Positions 1 to 10,223 of a DNA stretch of 22,103 nucleotides are shown piece by piece. The DNA is from Atractiella rhizophila. Its lineage: Eukaryota. The translations under genes and the position numbers were made by a program. The notes below the pieces were generated by a model. The model searched no databases, was not told the DNA's origin, and saw only the letters and a list, made by a program, of their open reading frames with translations. Within the stretch, counting starts at the first letter, position 1; each line of letters starts with the position of its first letter. Where the stretch lies: positions 62,001-84,103 of the forward strand of contig MU271356.1 in the NCBI GenBank assembly GCA_021432655.1, written 5' to 3'.

Positions 1-145
1 CTTCTAGTACATGCACTTCGAAATGACTCTTTTGATCTGTGTACATAACGAGCAACGATAACAACACCTTGAAACATGCTGGTGTCATGATTTTCAACCA
101 CTTCTGTTAAAGAACAACAAAGAGAGGAAAGTGCAGGAACACTCG

Positions 146-1699
146 TTACCGATTAGACGACTGAGAGATGGCTTTTGTCTTCTTCCTTCCCATCCCGAAC
201 CGAGGCGTCCACTCGCCCCAGCCGTCGTCAGCGTAGAAATCCATCTGTTGCTTTCCATCAATTTCACGTCCATCTAATTTGCCTAACACTAAGCCAGCTT
301 CATAGGGGCTAAGCAGCGGTTTCGGGAATGCATATCCCCAATCGATACTGAGACGTGGACAAGAAGTTTGGATGAAAGTTGAAATGCTCGGTAGCAAAGA
401 GGCTTTGATAGGCGAGAGCTCTGACATGAGGAGAGGAATCACTCGAGGAGCGTTCGTAGAGACGGAAGTAATATGAGACGATATTGACTGTTCCAAAGCA
501 ATAAGCTTCATGCACAGTGCTCACATCGGAAAGCAAATGCATACTTCCAGAACCCTTCGGTTACCTTGCCGCCCTAGGGTTCCTAATACCACGGCCCACT
601 CTTTCTCGCTATCCAGCTGCCTCTTCGCCTGCACCATCGCCTCTTTCCTAATATTTTGCATGGCTGGATGGTCGTAAAACTCTCGCGTCAGCTTCTTCGA
701 ATAGGGATCGTATCGAAACGCCGGCAGTGTCGGATTAGCGAGCATGATACTTTCCAGATGAAACCGTCCATCCCCAATGTAGAGAATACCGTCTACGTTG
801 TAAGTAGAAAGCGAAGGCGAAGTACAGCCGAGAATTTCACCCGGCGAAAGGGGTCGGATTTGGGGTACGACAATTTCGAGTTTGCGAGAAGATTTAAGGC
901 GTGTTAGTGCTAGAGAATCAGATGCATCGACTGGCGATGGTGATGAGGATCCAGGCGTCAAAGCAATAGGTCCAGATATAGTATTCTTCGCTCCTCTTTT
1001 TGGTTTGCTTTCTGGAAAGTTATCGGCCAACAGCTGGACGGCGTTTAAAAATTGAACAGTTGAAACAGTTGCGAGGCGGATGGGCCGTTCATCCTCTAGT
1101 TGATCTCCTGCAGATCCTCCTACTTCGATTGCGATCTCAACGCTCGCATCGCCTTTCTCCTCTAGCTCCACCTCCAAAGCTTTAGGGAAGTTGTGCTTAA
1201 TAGTATTCAAAAGGTGTGTCTCGTTGACCTGGATCTCAACGAAGACATACATGGTCGGAATCCCTACCTGATCCATTGGGACGAGACAAGAATGGCCATA
1301 GTGGACGAGCAGGTCGACTCCCAGTTCGATCGCTGTATAATCATCGATGCAACAAGCACCATAGGTGACATCACCAAGAACGACGCATTCGACAGCACCA
1401 AAAGAGGAGAGGATGTCAGATATCGTGCATGCAAACATGAGGAGCCCTTCTGGCAATTGCAGCCCGACCCGTTTGGCGTTGAGGCGGCGGATTAAGGAGA
1501 GCGTTTTTGGTATCTCGAATGAGTACGAAGCAGGGAGGAGAGATTTGAGAGTTAGAGCGAGGAGAGGGGATATTTCCTCGTTGGGACGCTGCAGAGGTTT
1601 GGGAGAAGAAGAAGCGCCGGAGGCTGGGCGGCCTTGAAATCGTAAACGTGAAGGCGTGTTCATAATAGGAGCACTTGAACGCATGGTCAGATCTTTCAT
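146..1699 (-). CDS. DPH1: Diphthamide biosynthesis protein 1 (2-(3-amino-3-carboxypropyl)histidine synthase subunit 1)
   Basis: Exons 1699-545 and 487-146 are joined by a GT-AG intron at 544-488 (gtatgc...aacag). Motifs: YSFEIPKT, GLQLPEGLLMFA, GDVTYGACCIDD, HYGHSCL, PLSPGEILGCTSP, GDGRFHLES, LGTLGRQG, CPRLSIDWGYAF, MDFYA. The start could be a slightly downstream ATG. Confidence 0.95.
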
Positions 1700-2512
1700 G
1701 AAAAAAGTGCAGCAGACAAATTTTCACAGACAGTTCAGCAAACAACCCATGCACCGCTGCAAACAATTGTAATAGTTACATTACACGTTCAATCGGCTTC
1801 GTGTCAAAATGACGAAGATAACAACATGGGTTGGATCATTACCCCACTTTTTTCTGCTGCCGTGAAATGTTTCTCTTTCAAAGTCACATCATTTCGTATA
1901 TAATGAGATTAAGACTAGGACCATAAGGTGTAAAAGACATTGCATCTGAATAGACGAGATCTGCCTCTGATCTATCTTCTCCAACCTTTTCAGTGCCAGC
2001 GAAGTAGAGCCATTAACGCTCAACAATCTCATAGGCACTGTCCATGTTTTTGCGGCTTGGGTAGAAGCTCACCTAGAAATTCATCTACAGAGCCTTGATA
2101 ATAGTTACAATACTGAGACAGTTCGCTTCAACCTTGCTTCAACGTAACAGTCACGATGTTGTGTTGTTGGTGGCCAATTATTGATTTGTGTTCCTTTTAG
2201 CGGTCGGAAAAGATGGAACGGCGAGTTTGATGGCTGCTCAACAAGTTGGCGTTTAGAGATATTATTTGGTATTTGAAAAGTATAGAGATTAGAACAAGGG
2301 TTCGACGTCAGAGAGAGACGAAGTGTCGCTTGTTGGAATCTTATTTCAGTGGACAGTCGCAATCATAGTCAGAGGGCTACTCTTCGCTTCAATTCTCCGT
2401 GTAATTTGCTCAATGTAATGACAGGTTACGTTCTGGCTGAATGTTAAATCACTGACTGTTGTAGAAATCTATGGGTGGTAATTGCCAGAGAAACCTGTAT
2501 TTGCGTTGCTGC

Positions 2513-2965
2513 TCAGTTTTCGAGCTCACTTATCCACACTTCCCAATCTTGTACTGCTGACACTGACTGCAAATCGGCAGCCCTCCCTTGGAGCAATTTG
2601 ACACAGTCTTCCGGTAGCAGTATTTTCTCCAGAATATCAACAATCCCTTGCTCAACCCGTTCCGCCAAAAATACAGTGTCCGTGCAGGAGGCGATGGAGA
2701 GAGACCCAATCTGCATTCTGGACAGAGTTTGTTGGAGCGCGTCAAAGTGACCCGAAGGTAGAAATCCAATTCGTAGGGCGCGAAGAGCCGGAAAGTCGCT
2801 GACGAGTGGGAAGAGATTTTGTTCCAGTATGACCCTTTGGAGAAAGAGAGACAAGTGACTGCTTGCGCAGGTCAAGTGTTCGTGAGATACTTTTCGACCT
2901 CTTCGGTCTGATCTGATGTTCCTTCGAGAGGTGCCTGAGCAGGATGCCAGAACCCTGAAAACCAC
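2513..2965 (-). other. Orphan ORF or possible gene fragment, unresolved
   Basis: 150-codon open frame with a Leu-rich segment (FPALRALRIGFL). It has no ATG at the called start, and I could not build a convincing spliced model. Confidence 0.25.
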
Positions 2966-3130
2966 AGAAATAGTTTTTCAGATCACTTTATTAGTGTCTT
3001 ATTTGAAACTACGCGGTCTATTCCGACTCCGACTAGGTTTCCTTCTTCGCTGCTGACTACCAGTGCTCTTGTTTCCCCATCATTCCACTCCTTGTTATAA
3101 CTGAGTGGTGCAATAATCCGCACAAGAAAC

Positions 3131-3739
3131 ATGGGCAACGGGGACTCGACCTACAACTCGCGTCACATGTCAACACAACACACGCGTCTGCTCCTCTCCC
3201 AATCGTCCTCCTCCACCTCTCCCCTCTCCTCCGAATTCACCGTCGTCCTCCCCGTGCTCAACATGGACATCGACCCCTCCCTCATCCCAAAATACCAGTC
3301 CGAAGAGAACGACAAGCTCCTCCCGACCCAGATCCACCCCAGCTATCCCTTCGGCAACCCCCACACCCGACCCAAGCGATTAGGAGGCGCATACGTACTG
3401 CAAGGTCGCGAACCGCTCACCTACCCGCGCGACCCATCCACAGCGAGCTACAACCCGTCGCTTGCGCTTCCCGAGCCGGAGAGACACTGGTTGGAGCTCG
3501 CGGTGCAGGAGTTGATGGATCCGGCGAAGGATGGGGGGAGGGAAGGGGAGAAGGAGGGCGAGACGAATAAGATGGAGATGGCGGCTGAGGAGGGTGCGGA
3601 GGAGAGAACCGGCGGGCCGGCTGTGCCACAGGAGGATAGTGATAATGGAGGTGCGACGGGTGGAACGAATGGGACGGGCATGACGGCGACTAGTAGTGAG
3701 AGTGAGATGGATGGTGCGGATGCGGACAGCGATTACTGA
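3131..3739 (+). CDS. 202-aa intronless protein, probable APC/C subunit Apc13/Swm1-like
   Basis: ATG-to-TGA ORF. The N-terminal DSTYNSRHM, central EENDKLLPTQ..FG and ERHWLELAVQELM resemble fungal Apc13 blocks as I recall them (DSS..H.H, EDEDDVVPDQHAAFG, W.DLGL.EL). Acidic low-complexity tail. Confidence 0.5.
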   Translation: MGNGDSTYNSRHMSTQHTRLLLSQSSSSTSPLSSEFTVVLPVLNMDIDPSLIPKYQSEENDKLLPTQIHPSYPFGNPHTRPKRLGGAYVLQGREPLTYPRDPSTASYNPSLALPEPERHWLELAVQELMDPAKDGGREGEKEGETNKMEMAAEEGAEERTGGPAVPQEDSDNGGATGGTNGTGMTATSSESEMDGADADSDY

Positions 3740-4358
3740 TTGCTACTTTTAACGGAGTGCGCGTCCTTTTCTTGCCATCGTTTAGGTAGGTTGATGGAGG
3801 ACGAAATAGTCCGTTTATGCGCGTCAAAGACGCGCAACAAGCCATCGGAATCATCTTCAACATCAGATATCTCTTTGGTCTCACAGATTCTAGCTCCACA
3901 ACTCAGCCGCCATCACTACAATCTGCATTCAGTTACGTCAATACGTTCTGTCCAACCAACTATGGGCTCCTTCCATCTAGCTTTCCACAGCGCGAGAACG
4001 CGCAACGAGGGTCTCGTCCTTCGCACCGTTCAGAAAGATACAAGAGGAGACGTCTGGTGGAATGAGTCTGCGCATGTACCGGAGGTGGAGTAGATTGTTG
4101 GTTTGGAGTTAGTCTAGGGTAGGGAAGAGTGGTTTGCTAATCGAACTCGTTGAATGCAAGGACGACGAAATGTGTTGCTATCCGATATATTGGATGCTGT
4201 GGAAGGTAGGATCGGTGGGAGTTCGATTTAAGCCAGATGTAAAGTTTTGGTGAACCTTTCTACATTGCGAGATACTTATTCCATTAAATGACCAAAATCC
4301 ATTGTGGTACTATTTTCCAACCCAAACTGATGGTGACAGCTCTTGCCGCCTACCATTA

Positions 4359-4570
4359 TTACTGGTGCGGGACTTGTTCTGACTTCTGACTCCAAGCATC
4401 CTCCTCAAGAAGCCATCGCCTCATGTCGTCTTCAAGGAATAAATAATCCCTGACGTCAATTTCGATTTCCTCCCCTACCCATCCATCTCTGTGAGCATCC
4501 ATATCCCTCGTCTCTCGATCCCCCAAGAACTAGCGCATAAATGTTGCAAAACCGAATCACTCCAGGAATA
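4359..4570 (-). pseudogene. Decayed 3' fragment of a paralog of the adjacent F-box gene
   Basis: Minus frame reads FATFMR*FLGDR...GWVGEEI, against FSDFIRWFFGDR...GWLEEEI at the C-terminus of the neighbouring gene. 25/36 nt are identical over the first block, with TGG>TAG at 4532-4530. Confidence 0.5.
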
Positions 4571-4736
4571 TGACGGATGGAGCAGGGATGGATGGATGGA
4601 TAGCATCGTTTTGAACTAATCCTAGCTGTGCTAGTCATCCATTTTCAATGCTGTGTTAGGATGTGGCGATATGAACTTCGCACCTTCCCGTCCTGTCTTC
4701 TTTAGACACGAGTCAAAAATCCGGGTATCTTCAGTT

Positions 4737-6609
4737 TCACTCCTCTCCACCTTCCCGAACCCATCTCTGTTCGTCCTCCTCGCTCACCCCAAACTGTCTC
4801 AACGTGCTGCTGGCTTCGCATATCTCTTCCTCAAGCCACCCTCCAAAGAATAGCTGAACCCTTAAATAACGTTCTCTCCTCGATCTTTCAGCTTCTTCTG
4901 CCGTATCCCACACCACGATCACTCCTCTGTCCCCAAAGAACCAGCGGATGAAGTCTGAGAATACAACCCCCATGAATTCCCAGTCCACCACACAATACCA
5001 AACATCTATGTAGTATATCCCTATTGCGTTTCTGAGGGTGTGGAAGAACTGAGGAAAAACGAGATTGGAAGTGTCATGGCCGCCGTCGAGTTCGAGGTGG
5101 GTAAGATGGTCAAGGTGTGATAGGTCAAGCGGAGTCAGTAGGATGGAGCTCTTCCCATCAGACGAGTAGGGGGCGAGCGTGATGTCGAGATGTTCTAGAA
5201 GAGGCGGCAGACAGGAGCCTGAGACGGAGGGAGGGAGGGGACACATATCGGAGAGACGCAACAACGTCAGGGTTTGCGGGAAGGAGAGCCATGGGAGAGG
5301 TGGGTATGCCTGAAGCGCTAGGCGTTTCAGCGCAGAAGATAATTGAAGGCCTGGTGATGCGCAAGGGATAGAGTCCTCGACTTCGAAAGCACAGAAGGAT
5401 GTGATCCTGTGACCCGTCCTCCGCATAAAACTCTCAACCTCCTCCCTCTTCCACCTCCTCAGCCCGCGTCCTCCAAAGTTTACGTAATCCAACCTCCTCA
5501 AGCCTTCGATGGCATGCAACACAATCTTTGCCTCCTCTTCATTCCAAAATGCGTCCATCGTCACTACTGTAACATTCGGCGAGCCTGTGATGATGTTTGT
5601 TGCCATCTCAATGCTGATATCATCGTCCCACCTTGTCTCAAACCGAAGAACTTCCCACAAACGCCCTGCATCAGGAAAGACCTTCAAACGAGCATGCCTC
5701 TCCTTTATAGAGACATCTCCATTCAAAAAAGGGACTGAAATAACCTTCCAGAGCCGACAGACGGCAGAAACTCGGATGAAGGAAACGAGATGTTCATCAG
5801 AGACATCTTTGATGGACGGTTCGTAATTGCCGAATGAAAGAAAGTCAAAGACGAGAGAGAGGATCTCGGTAGGGAGCTGCGCGATACTGCATGGAAGAAT
5901 ACCTGGAATTCGACTTGGGGACGAGGTGAGTTGAATGGTGGTCCCCAGTCTCGTGGATAGGATAGTTGATTTCCATTCACTGACAGGAACGAAACTCTGT
6001 TCCTCCTGAGAGTATCGGGCGACAGGTTCGAAGATGAGTTTAGAGCGATTATCTGGAAGATGAAACGTGCATGTAAAGGGCTTTACAGATAGGCTATCGG
6101 AATCCATGGATGTATGATGTGTAGTACCATCCCCAAAAGTCACCGTAGTACTTTTCTCCTCCAAAGTGATGCAAAGATTCAAGGCGCCATCGGATTCAAC
6201 CACATTTTTGAGAATGTCCGGAGAGAAGTAGGTCAATTTCGATGGCCCGTTGTCGATCTTCCAGAGTCGAATAGGTAAGACAAACGTGATCCGGAGCGTG
6301 TGAACCGATGGAGGTATTCGACCAAGGAAAGAGGGAAGAATGGAGAGGTGGATAGGAATGCCATGGCGTAACATTACTGGGGTAATTAGATGGACCAGTG
6401 CGATTGACTCTGTTCCTTGATCATCCTTCTGTGAAACCAATGTTTCCTTCTCAATCCTTCCCAGAGAAGATACCCTGGACTGAACCCCGTGAATTCATGT
6501 TAAGCAGGACAAGAGAGGGGGAAAGATCAGATCATGCCTGCAGTGCCTCAGCGTGTTGTGCAACTTGAGCCATTTCAACGCTCGCCGCGCCTTGATGAGA
6601 CGTCACCAT
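4737..6609 (-). CDS. F-box domain protein with LRR-like C-terminal half
   Basis: Long open exon 6479-4737 contains the F-box signature SIAQLPTEILSLVFDFL...RVSAVCRLWKVIS followed by Leu-rich repeat-like segments. The 5' end is tentative: ATG 6609, exon 6609-6538, GC-AG intron 6537-6480. An alternative start is ATG 6374. Confidence 0.75.
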
Positions 6610-7309
6610 CGTGAGGAAGGAGACCGCGACACCGTTCGCGGGGAGTCGATGGATTAGGCGACCGTTTGGCTCTGGGATGGAAGTCCAGGTGGAAGTCGGT
6701 GTCCGGGCGTCGAAAGGCTACGGGATAGCGCCATAGGTCATCCTAAAATGGGTAAATGAAATGAAATCTCTTGCAACGCTAGAATGACAGCATTCCATCA
6801 GTCGTCGACTGTGAAAGGAAAACCTCTGATAAGTAGGTACAAAGATTGCAGGCAGCCAAGGTAACACTTTGAGAGGATATGATGTAATGGCTGCATGTCA
6901 GATTGTGGTTGTCCAGTGCTCTGCCTGTCCGTGTTCGATTCACGGTATCCTCAAATTTTTTTCCTTTCTTTATCTCGTTCTACTTTCATGCATGGTTGCA
7001 AACGTACCTTTACGTACATCTCGCTTCATAAGCCCACTCCATACCATTAATTGTACATGCAAAGACGAATCGCATCAAAAGCACTGCTGCAAGGGGAGAA
7101 AGCCAGGAATTAACAGGACGCGTCTTGACGCGCCATGCCGCTCCTGTCGGCTCGGGCAGATGATCGGCCGTCTTGCTTACCACCTCTTATCAACATTTCC
7201 AATCCCTTTTCATAAAGCAAGCTCTCCTTCTTTCCCTCCTTTCAGCTCTCCCTATCGTCACTTAACACTAGCCTGGTGCCACTCCTAGAGAAGCAGCAAG
7301 GACAGCAAA

Positions 7310-9847
7310 ATGGTCTCTGGCTCAGCATCCAATTCGAAGCTGCCGAAAGCTATCGACTTTTCGCACCAGTTGAGCAAGTTGAGCGTGGGGAGGAAGAACA
7401 GCCCGTTGAAGGAATTGTACAAGGTCATTGAGGGACATGAGGCGAGCATGATTCAGTTGGCTGGTGGTGAGTTTCTTTCGCATTCTCGCCAGTTGTTGCC
7501 TTTGTGGTCAATGTTGGGCAATTGCGCGAAACGGTTGCATTCGATGGAATGCCAGAGGAAGCAAAGGATCCCTCCCTTTCTGTTGATTCTGAGATAGAGA
7601 GAACTTTAAGACAGAGAGAATTGTACATTTCAGTTCAGCTGCAGTGCTTGCCGCTTGTTGCTACTCTCTTTCCACTTGCCTGGAGAAAGGAGAAAGGAGA
7701 AAGGAGAAAGGGCACGAGGGCCAGCATCCACCCTGGGTGCAGGAAAGGATGTCTCGGAGACGTCAAAAATGAGTCAGCCATAGCTTTCACGATGATGCTC
7801 CACAGCAATTCAAATGGCGTGGTTGTTGCGTGCTCTGGCGTGCATTCCGCTTCCGTTGTGGATTGTGGACGGGTGGACGGAAAGGGTCCGTGGACAGAAC
7901 ACAAATCATGCAGGCGAGGAGACTGTCCCGGTTGAACAAGCACCGAGTCTTTCTGTTTGTCCAATTCAGCAATCTGCACGCCATGTTTCGTTCTGGGTTT
8001 CCGTCAGGATAGTGCTGACTGACTTCACATTCGCGACGGAAAAGGGATGCCGTCCCCCCAATACTTTCCCGTCGAAACCATCAGCGGCGACCTCCTCCTC
8101 TCCTCCACCTTCTCTTCCAAATCCACAGGCTTTGGAAGCAATTCGTCCCCAGCTCACTCCACGACCCACATCACCATTCCAAAGTATCCCCCCTCCCGGT
8201 GCACCCGCCGATCCGAAGCAGCAGCCGTTGACACTATCGACGTTGTTGCAGTATGGACAAGCGAGTGGAGTGGCGGCGTTGAATGGTTTCTTGAGAGCGC
8301 ATGTTGAAAGCATTTATCAACCTGCCTATGCGGATTGGGAGGTGTTTCTCAATTGTGGGAATACTCATGGCACTTACCTCGCTTTTAACTTGTATGTCTC
8401 CTTCACCCTTCCTACCACTTCATCCCCTTGTTACATTCTCTGCGTTCTCCTGTTGACGTGATGTGTGAGCAAAGGTTGTTGAACGAAGGCGACTCCTTGA
8501 TCGTGGAAGAGTTCTCCTATCCGTCCGCAATGGAAGCTGCCCGTTCTCTCGGCATTCGCCAGTTCGTTCCCATCAAGATGGACGCCGAGGGCATGCTGCC
8601 TGAGGACTTGGAGCTTCAACTCGCGAATTGGCCAACGACTGGAAGTGGGAGGCGGCCCCGAGTCATGTACACTGTTACGTGCGTCTTCTTGTCTATGCAG
8701 AAACTGCAAAGTACTAAAGCACCCGTTCTGTGATGGTAGCGTCGGTCAGAACCCAACTGGTGGAACGCTGTCGTTGGAGAGGAGAAAGAAGATCTACGAC
8801 ATTTGCGTCAAGTACGACGTGATAATCGTCGAGACGATCCATACTACTTCTTGCAAATGCCCGCCTATTCCTCCTCCAACGCCAATTCCGCTCCTGCCAA
8901 ACCGATGAACGCGAAGAGTTGGCTGCAGTCACTCGCCCCATCTTACCTCGGGATCGACCCAAGGTCGGGTGATCCGTCTCGACACATTCTCCAAAGTCAT
9001 CGCTCCAGGTGTCAGGTGTGGATTCATCACTGCGAACCCTCTCTTTGTCGAACGTATCTTCCGACACGCTGAGGTTTCCACTCAGGGAGCGAGCGGATTA
9101 AGTCAGGGTATCATCGCTAAGCTGTTGGTGGAGGAATGGGGAATGGATAGGTGTATGAGTGGTTGCAGTCCCTTGGGTCGGAGTACACCAAGAGGAGGGA
9201 CTACATTTGTTCTGCCCTTGAGAAGGAGTTTGGACTTGTTGGGAAGGAGAAAGGTGGAAAGGACAGGACTGTGCGCATCAGGCAGGAGAAGGAATCCGAG
9301 GGTGGTTGGCTTGAGGTTAGGGAGAGGAAGATGAAGACTAGCGATTTGATCTTCTTCACTGCACCGACGGCTGGGTAAGCCTGCGTTCTGCCAGTTGTCC
9401 ATCGGGGTTTGACAGAAGGGGGCGAATAGAATGTTCGTCTGGCTTGGCTTCAACATCCACCTTCACCCCAGGTTCAAGGAATTCGACTACAGGGACTCCA
9501 ACGGCGTTGGACGCCGCGGCGACAATACAATGGAGGTCTGTTTTCAGTCCTTCTGTCATGTTCCTCCACCTCATGCTTGTCGCTCTAGTTGATGGACGAG
9601 CTCTGGCGGCTCGTCGCTACGGAAGGTGAAGTTCTTGTTTCGCCTGGCAGGATGTTCGGTGCGACAGAGGAGATGAAGTGTGCGTCATTCAACACCTTTC
9701 TCCTGCAAGGAGGATTCTTGAGTTGATTGGCTTTGCTCAGTGAAAGCGCGCTTCTTCAGGATCGCCTTCTCCATGTCTGGAGAGGAAGAGCTCAATCTGG
9801 CGATGAAGAGGATCAGGGAGGTGACGGTCCGATTCTTCGAGTCGTGA
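7310..9847 (+). CDS. PLP-dependent class I aminotransferase, aromatic amino acid/2-aminoadipate transaminase (ARO8-like); frameshifted as given
   Basis: Introns 7467-8044, 8392-8474, 8679-8739, 9375-9429, 9536-9588, 9680-9740. Motifs: LAGGMPSPQYFP, LQYG, VEEFSYP, GQNPTG, IVE-DDPYYFLQ, RLDTFSKVIAPGVRCG (PLP lysine), GMFVW, FFRIAFS. Four frame changes are needed, at about 8190, 8833, 8959 and 9152. Confidence 0.9.
7682..7709 (+). repeat. (GGAGAAA)x4 tandem repeat in aminotransferase intron 1
   Basis: Four exact 7-mers read directly from the sequence. Confidence 0.9.
7770..7776. promoter_or_regulatory. TGAGTCA, Gcn4/CpcA (AP-1-type) consensus site inside intron 1
   Basis: Exact 7-mer (aTGAGTCAg) in an amino-acid metabolism gene. 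Function is inferred only. Confidence 0.35.
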
Positions 9848-10223
9848 AGAGCCAGAGGCTGGGAGGAGACAGAACCCTTGATTGGGATGCATACGGTACA
9901 TTAGTATGCTTTGCGGATTGCCCTTGCTAATCACTTTTACGTAGAGTTGTATTTCTAAGATGATAGAGATGGAATTGCATGGATCTTTGGCTCAAAAGCA
10001 CTCAGATTTAATTTGGCCTGTCTCTTGGGGGACTTACGCCTTGTGGCGTGAATTCCAGAAACTTTTAGCGACAGTGCTCACTTTGTTAATGACTGTGACC
10101 CCTGGCTCAAATAAACAATAAACTAATGACGTTTCAAATGTTATTTATCCGAACTCTAACTCTTCTTTGATTGATGAAGTCAGACTTGTACATTGCAACC
10201 TGAGTATTGTGAAGCAGTGTCAA

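Noticed and set aside
100..149. Extra 3' intron in DPH1 (gtaacg...ttaacag overlapping the stop codon)
   Set aside because: It would change only the last few residues and cannot be supported without transcripts.
3818..3850. Helitron 3' hairpin
   Set aside because: No CTRR terminus at the expected distance on either strand.
6869..7288. 139-aa Cys-rich ORF between the F-box and aminotransferase genes
   Set aside because: TTG start, no family motif, and it lies in a divergent promoter region; likely spurious.
7560..7760. TPP riboswitch in aminotransferase intron 1 (CTGAGA at 7589-7594)
   Set aside because: The downstream CUUGAU/CCUGAU and GNUAAU..C.GCG core is absent, and the gene is not a thiamine gene.
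10170..10204. C/D box snoRNA (TGATGA...CTGA) upstream of the hydrolase
   Set aside because: The boxes are only about 35 nt apart with no terminal stem, too short for a snoRNA.
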